Positions 57,308 through 64,000 of a DNA stretch of 64,000 nucleotides are shown here, piece by piece (within the stretch, counting starts at the first letter, position 1; the number at the start of each line of letters is the position of its first letter). The stretch spans positions 1,855,647 through 1,919,646 of the forward strand of contig NW_003526943.1 of NCBI RefSeq assembly GCF_000181795.1. Reading direction: 5' to 3'. Position numbers and translations under genes: made by a program. Under the pieces are notes generated by a model, which saw nothing but the letters and a program-made list of their open reading frames with translations, was not told the DNA's origin and searched no databases. This DNA is from Trichinella spiralis (taxonomy: Eukaryota).

Positions 57308-57934
57308 TCAAAACTGAATCATTTGGCCCTTAAATAAAAACGAAATATTAAACACAAGCAACGCAGTGGTTGATAATATTCAATACTTACTCTTGTTTTC
57401 TTTTGACCACCCAGTTCAAAATGTTTGCAACGCTTAATAGGCAACTGCTTTTTGGTTTTGCATTCACTACATTCCATGCGCAGCACGATCTTCTTGGTTG
57501 TTTTAGCCTGAAACATTTCAAAATCAGCAGCATTAAAACTAAACTCAAACTGACAACCTTTTTCCGAAATATAGGCTTTGTTTGGCCACCGTAGCCCTTC
57601 TGCTTGCGATCGTAACGCCTACGTCCTGAAATGAGGAATTTCAATTTGAAACAACAACGCAAACATGTTCTCTCGTGTGCATTTATATGTCCGATTAATT
57701 GAATACTTTTTTCAGACAACGAATGAAAAAAGTAATTAAAAAATAAAGTACACGAAATAAATAAAGCACCTTGAGAAAAAACCGATTCTTTTCCTTTCTT
57801 ATACTGCGTCACTTTGTGAATAGTGTGCCTTCGGCACGTCCCACTGCAGAACGTTCGCCTCACTTTTGGTATGTTTACCTAAAATCTCATCATAAAGCAG
57901 CATTACTTTTATTACAAACTAAACAACTCACCAT
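57308..57934 (-). CDS. RPL36A: 60S ribosomal protein L36a/L44 (eL42), 5 exons, the first coding only ATG
   Basis: Spliced translation [12 protein letters not shown]...[10 protein letters not shown]...[36 protein letters not shown]...[11 protein letters not shown]...GQMIQF*. Confidence 0.97.
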
Positions 57935-59624
57935 CGCAAAAGCATCAAAATTTTTGTTAATGAATACTTGGATACCGTATAAAAATGATGAAGATCAAAT
58001 TAAAACTACAGTAAACTTGAATAAATTATTTTACTTGAAACTTTAGTATGATCTAAATAAATATATAAATTATTGTAAATCTCATATGCTGATTGAATGC
58101 TCTATTTTTAATTTAATAAAAGTTTCTACTTTATCAAATTAAAAACTACAACATCAAAAGTACATTTTTACTGCTTTTTCATTGGGACATATTCACAATT
58201 GCCAATTTTTTTTCATTTTATATTTTACACATTTTTTTAATGAAATTTTTTAAAGTAACATTGTGGTTAAAACTTTATCTTTTATTTAGTGTTTAAAGAA
58301 TTCATCATGTTGACAAAGCTTTTCATGAGTTTTAGAAGTTTAGAAAGTTGTTTATTTGTTTGATTTTTAATCATCTCATTAAATTAAATCTCAATAAATA
58401 ATTTATTCTTTTATTTCTTCACTTATAAATATAATATCATTGAGTATTTATAACTATTTTGTGTCGCCAACTCGACGTGTTGATATCTGTAGACTGTAAT
58501 ACTTGTCAAAAGTGTGAATACTATGCCGAAAACGTCATTGAACAGGTCAACGCTAAGTTGTGCAATAACCAACGTCTGATGATACAGAAATCTAAACTTC
58601 TTTACCGATTCTGCAGTCACTACTTTGAGTTATTCAGCTTTTCGTACACTGCACAAAACGATCAATTATATCACACATTTTCAGCTATCATCTGAACTTC
58701 AGTTTAGCTTGAGTTCTTATGCACGATAGATCAGCTTAACGTGACTGCTGTGATTTTGATACGCGCTTATCACTTCAACTGTTCACGGTTCCTATGGACA
58801 CTATTAGTTAGGTATAGACAGTTCTAGCAATTCTACTCCTGTGTTATATTGTTCACGTAATACCGCCACGCTGAAACAGTTTTTCTCATCAACTAATACC
58901 TTCGTATCCTGTACACCGTCTAACATTTCAATTTGTTCCACTTTTAGCAAATCTACTCGTACTTATTTTTTATCGTATTTCATTTCATTCAGATTACTTT
59001 TGATTAACAGATTACCGGGATTTTCTGCAAACAAGCAACATTTTCTCACTGATAAACGAAAATTCGCTTTTCTAACTGGCATACTTACATGCAGTGCTGT
59101 ATATATGGTCATTTTATGATGTATCCGTACAAATGTAAATGATATAACGCAAATATGCAAATGTGCAAATAATATGCGAAAAAATAAGAAAAAAACAATA
59201 TTCAAATGCAACAAATAAAGAAAAGATGTATGTTTAAAATAATGAAAGCATCACGACACGAGTATTTTTATTGTACCCGTGATTTCAAATATTTACTTTA
59301 GAACTGCTCAAGAACAAAATCGTTGTTTATTTAGATACACTTTAGGTACCATCAATTGTATTTTTAAAGAAGATGTTCTTTGGGAAAATTATTCAAATAC
59401 GAGTCATCTAATAAAAGTTAATGATGAATTGCAGAAAATACAATAACGTAAGTGGAAAAATCTTTTCAAATCCTGAATCAAATGCAGTTATTTTACAGCT
59501 TTGAATCCTGTTGAAATAGAGCTGAAAAAAATTTTTTATCGACCTTTTCTGATACATTTCTTCTTTCATATTTTTTAGGGCTGGCTGCTTTTTTTGCTTT
59601 GCGGTTGCCATTTATGTATTTTAC

Positions 59625-62365
59625 ATGGTAAATAAAATTAATCATAGCATTCTTAGACAGAGCAAATATGTTGCAGGTAAGGCAGAAAAGTTCATTCGCG
59701 GTTGCTATTTTACAAACTGGGCTCAATACAGACCTGGAAAAGGAAAATATTCTCCTGACGATTATGTAAACAATTTATGCAATTACATTTTTTATGCATT
59801 TGCTTCAATAACGCATGATTACAATATTACGTGAGTTTTTTTGCTTTTTTTCAGTTTACATAACTTTTATGATGCAAGCAGGAATCGCTTGAAAATTAAA
59901 CTGAAATTACAAGTAATTTTAAAGCTGCTGCAGCATGCTATAAACTGAATTTTTTTAATTCTGACGGAAGAACAGCAATTTTAGTCAAAACAATTCTGTA
60001 ATAAAATTAAAATGAACTTTACTTTTTAATAATTCGATTTAAAAAAAATTTTTTTTATTTATAAAACAATTAATAAATTTATATAAGCTAATTGATTGAA
60101 CAAAGCTGAATTGCACATTGCGTCATAAGCGTACGAATGGATGAAATCAAATTAAAATCTCCACCTTGTTGATTATGGCTTTTAGCTTTTTACCAGTGTA
60201 AATATTTTGCTTCTTGCAGTGATTTAATATGAAAAATTGTATTTGACTTTACACTAATAAAATAGTTGTTGTTTTCATGTTTGCAACAGTAAATTTATCA
60301 CCCTAATATTTTATGAGCTTGATCAATTTTATGTAGTCACTGTGGTGAAGGAAGCTGCAATGAAACCAAAATTGATACAAAAATATTATTTTAGAAACTT
60401 TGAATGGAATGATATTCATCACTTATATCCAAGTATTACCAAACTGAAGCAATCGAATTCGCAGTTGAAAATTATTTTATCAGTTGGCGGCTGGAATTTT
60501 GGCACAGCGTAAAAGTGATAACAAGCTTTTGCACTTGCGTAATGCAGATTCTTTAGACCATTTAAAAAACTCTCTTCCTCCGCGGACAGAAGAAGTCGAT
60601 TTGCAAATTCATCTATCATTTTCCTAAGGAAGCATAATTTTGATGGATTAGATCTAGACTGGGAATATCCTGATGATGATAATGATAGAAAAAATCTGGT
60701 CTTATTAAGTGAAGTATTATTCTCATTTATTTTGATGAATTTTATTGCTGAAAAATTTTATTTTTTTTTATCAAGGATATTATGTCAGCTTTTAAAGCTG
60801 AAGCAGGAAGCAGCAAAAAACCACGACTTCTTTTGACAGCAGCCGTAACTGCTGACTGCGTCAAAGCTGAAGCTGGCTATGATATTCCAAAATTAGCAAG
60901 GTAAATAAATTTTAAAAGCAAACTTATCTTTTGTTATTAAATGAAAAATTCTTTAATAATTTATTCAAAAAGTGAAATTAAAAAATTAAAATTCAGACAA
61001 AATTATTCATTTTGTTTGTGCATTCACATTTAAATTGAAAAAAGATAGTTTAGGCTGTGGGATTTCATGAATTTGATGTCATATGATTTTCATGGTTCTT
61101 GGGAATCTGTTACTGGCATAAACAGTCCGTTGTTTGAGAAATCCACAGATTCTGTTCAAATGAAAAAATGGAATATAGTAATATATTTCACTTTGAATTT
61201 TCTGAAATCAATCAGAGAAATTTGAAAATATATAGGCATATGCTGCATATTGTTACCACTTGCGAGGAATGCCCAAGAAGAAAATTATAATTGGTATACC
61301 TACTTATGGACGTGGGTGGACCATTCAAAATAAGACAAATACAGAAATTGGTGCTCCGTCTATTGGTCCATCTCTTCCGACAAAATATGTCAGATTTCCT
61401 GGTGTTTGTGCTTACTATGAAGTCAGTTATGCAGCACTTACTTTTATTGGTGTTTTATTTTATTGTTTTTATTTTTTATAAGATTTGCCAAATGATCAAA
61501 GCTGGTGGACAACGTTACTGGGATGAAGAATCTCGAACTCCTTACTTAGTTTACAATAATCAGTGGTTTACTTATGATGATGAGCAAAGTTTTAAAGAGA
61601 AAGTAAAATCAAAATTTGCACCTCTTAAAGCGCAGCAGTGATAGTATTTTCTTCCTCTATTTTTAAGCTAAATTGGTTAAAAGAAGAAGAATTTGGAGGG
61701 GCATTTGTTTGGGCGTTGGATTTTGATGATTTCAACGCTCAGTTTTGCTCTCACGGCGAAAGATATCCACTGATAAGTTTGTTACAAAAACAACTTGGAG
61801 ATGTGTCGAATGTATCAGTATTGATTCAGCCCATTAATAACTCACTAGCTGTTAAGTAAAATTTTTATAACTTTAAAAGTAAATTCAAAATATTTTTCTA
61901 ATTTTACATATTTTTTCTTTACTTTTATCACTTTTTAATGCTTCATATAACTTTAATGCATTATTAAAGAAAAATATTCTTTTGCATTAAAAAATAAACA
62001 ACTAATAAATAATTCTTCAGGTAGAAAGTATGGAAAAGTCTACTGAGGAAGCTCAGCAAATTATTCACATTCAACCAGCAGCAGAAATTACCAGTAATGA
62101 CAGTCATTTAAATATTTCTGAAGTGCAGAACAATGATGAGAAGGAGAAAACTAATCTCCCCGAAAAATTAATAAATGAAACATCATCTCCAGCTTTCAAA
62201 TGTCCAGCAAATGGAATATTCCCTGATCTTTATGATTGCTCATACTTTTACAGCTGTGCAAATGGAATGCATTTTAGAGTGGCATGTGCTGCTGGTACAC
62301 TATTCGACAGATATTTGAAAATTTGCAACCACGCAGCTCTTGTAAAGTGCAAAGCACTTAGCTAA
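59625..62365 (+). CDS. GH18 chitinase with C-terminal CBM14 chitin-binding domain; multi-exon, start codon unresolved
   Basis: [20 protein letters not shown], intact [11 protein letters not shown] (~60640-60671), [32 protein letters not shown] and the six-Cys CBM14 [19 protein letters not shown]. Confidence 0.93.
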
Positions 62366-64000
62366 CGATCACATTTCCTTATTATTGCTGCATTTCTGAT
62401 TGTTTTAAGTGCTGACAGGTCAATGATACGGTTGTAAAAGAGGCTCAAAGGCATTTTCCAGAATTTTGTTTTTCATGTTCTTACCATTTATTTGATGTGA
62501 AAATTTATAATTGCACGATAACATTGGAGAATTATTTATCAGTAATAAAAATTTCAGTTTTATGATACTTGTTCTGAAATTATAACGCATAATAAATATT
62601 TTTGCCGTTGAAGCTAAGCTACCTGTTTTTATTTAATTATTTTTATTTAATGCAGTAGGATGTTGCCTCACAAGTTGCTTTAAATTAAAAACTATTTTGA
62701 CCTACAGAATGTTTCTGATATGCTGATTGAAAATATTTGATGTTTTTAATCAACAAAAAAAGGTTCTGTTCTATATGCGTACAGTTTAGTTGCTCTGAGT
62801 GCAAAAAAAGCTACATTTTTAGGATTTAATAATAAATTCTCATCAGTCATGCAAAAGGCACTCACGCACAAAAGCATAGTATAGTGTACTATGCTATACT
62901 ATAGTCGTGAAATTAAATCTCATTTATGGATAGTGGTGATATAATCATTGAAATTATTTATGAACAATAAACGAGAATTTTGCTTAAGGTATTTCAGTTG
63001 CATGTAATTTTTGCAAAGCTTTACAGCTTTTTTAAAATATAATTTCACTTAAGTATTTTACAATTTTTTGTTGTGTAGATTTGAATGCAAAAAGTAGATG
63101 AAAATTACTTGTGTTTTTATTAAAGCATGTGGTCATAATCTGTTCATCAGCTGTGAAAGAGTTGATCTTCTACTTAAATTAATGTGCTATCAAACAGAAC
63201 ACCATGCTAAATATTTACAGCTCAGTTCTACCTTATACAAAGAAAAGAAAACTGATTAAAACTAATAAACATGCAAATAAATAAATGAATTTATGCCATC
63301 TGTTAAAATCAATGTAGTGCACGTCCATTTTAAGAACATCTTGAATTTTATTAATGAATCATATAAAAGTAAGAAAATTTTCATAAAGTTATGCTTTTTG
63401 CTTGTTAAAACAATTATACCTTATTGATTTATTATATTTTGCATTACAAATAAATTTATTAGTTTAATTAATTAATTAATTAATTATTTATTTATTTTAC
63501 AAAGATTATTTTGTCACAGATTTATTTGCATTTTGCAAAAGCAAATTGGCATAAATTATTTTTATCATCATTAAAAATGAATGTTTTTTGAATGAATTCT
63601 ATTATTAAAAATTATACTCATTTCTTTAAGATATTTTTGACTGTTTTCCTGTTGTCCACCGTCATTCCCAGGTATCAAGGTAGGAATCACTTATTTTTAT
63701 TTGAACAGTTGAAGCAAAATAATTTTTTGAATATTATTTGAAAATTAAAAAATTCTTAGTAAAGACACGTTAATTGCATTGAAAATTGACTGAAACAAAT
63801 TATGATAATAAAACTTTCCTTTTAAACCGTAAAAAAGTTTGCAAAAAAATTGAAGTTGGATTTGTCTCTTAAATGACTGCATAAAGCTAGCTGTGCATTA
63901 TTTTCCTGTCATAATAAATTATTTTAGCAAAAAAATACATCCGTGGATGTTACTTTACAAACTGGGCACAGTATCGACCTGGAGAAGGGAAATATTTTCC

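Noticed and set aside
57570..57590. Cycloheximide-resistance allele in eL42
   Set aside because: The sequence is [10 protein letters not shown], with the usual sensitive Pro.
57627..57769. snoRNA in the longest RPL36A intron
   Set aside because: No convincing C/D boxes or double-hairpin H/ACA arrangement by eye.
57387..57863. 158-aa ORF over RPL36A
   Set aside because: Read-through of introns; the spliced product is the normal ribosomal protein.
62874..62905. Palindrome GCATAGTA-tagtg-TACTATGC as a Helitron 3' end
   Set aside because: AT-rich, no clear CTRR terminus and no other Helitron evidence.

Overview
AT-rich, intron-containing eukaryotic DNA. Short GT-AG introns, TTTCAG-type acceptors and the gene and transposon content suggest a clade I nematode, probably Trichinella (inferred, not proven). 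Genes in order: HMX/NK5 homeobox; a hypothetical gene; SEC11 and RRP40/EXOSC3, only about 135 nt apart with operon-like spacing; an astacin-EGF-CUB-TSP1 protein with substituted catalytic residues; an ALG2/BUS-8-like glycosyltransferase; cystathionine beta-synthase; tRNA-Leu(CAG); a KIAA0930 homologue; an Sts/UBASH3-like histidine phosphatase lacking its catalytic His (present twice); a small secreted protein built with two 14-nt micro-exons; PIG-X; TAF5; an NHL-repeat fragment; ATRX/XNP-1; RPL36A; and a GH18 chitinase. Mobile DNA includes one probable and one possible solo LTR, a decayed Gypsy element with a Chapaev3 DNA transposon nested inside, and a MULE transposase remnant. Three assembly gaps (48168, 49313, 51129) make 47-51 kb less reliable. 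Exon boundaries were deduced by eye from splice signals and frame; family assignments are from motif recognition, with no database search.
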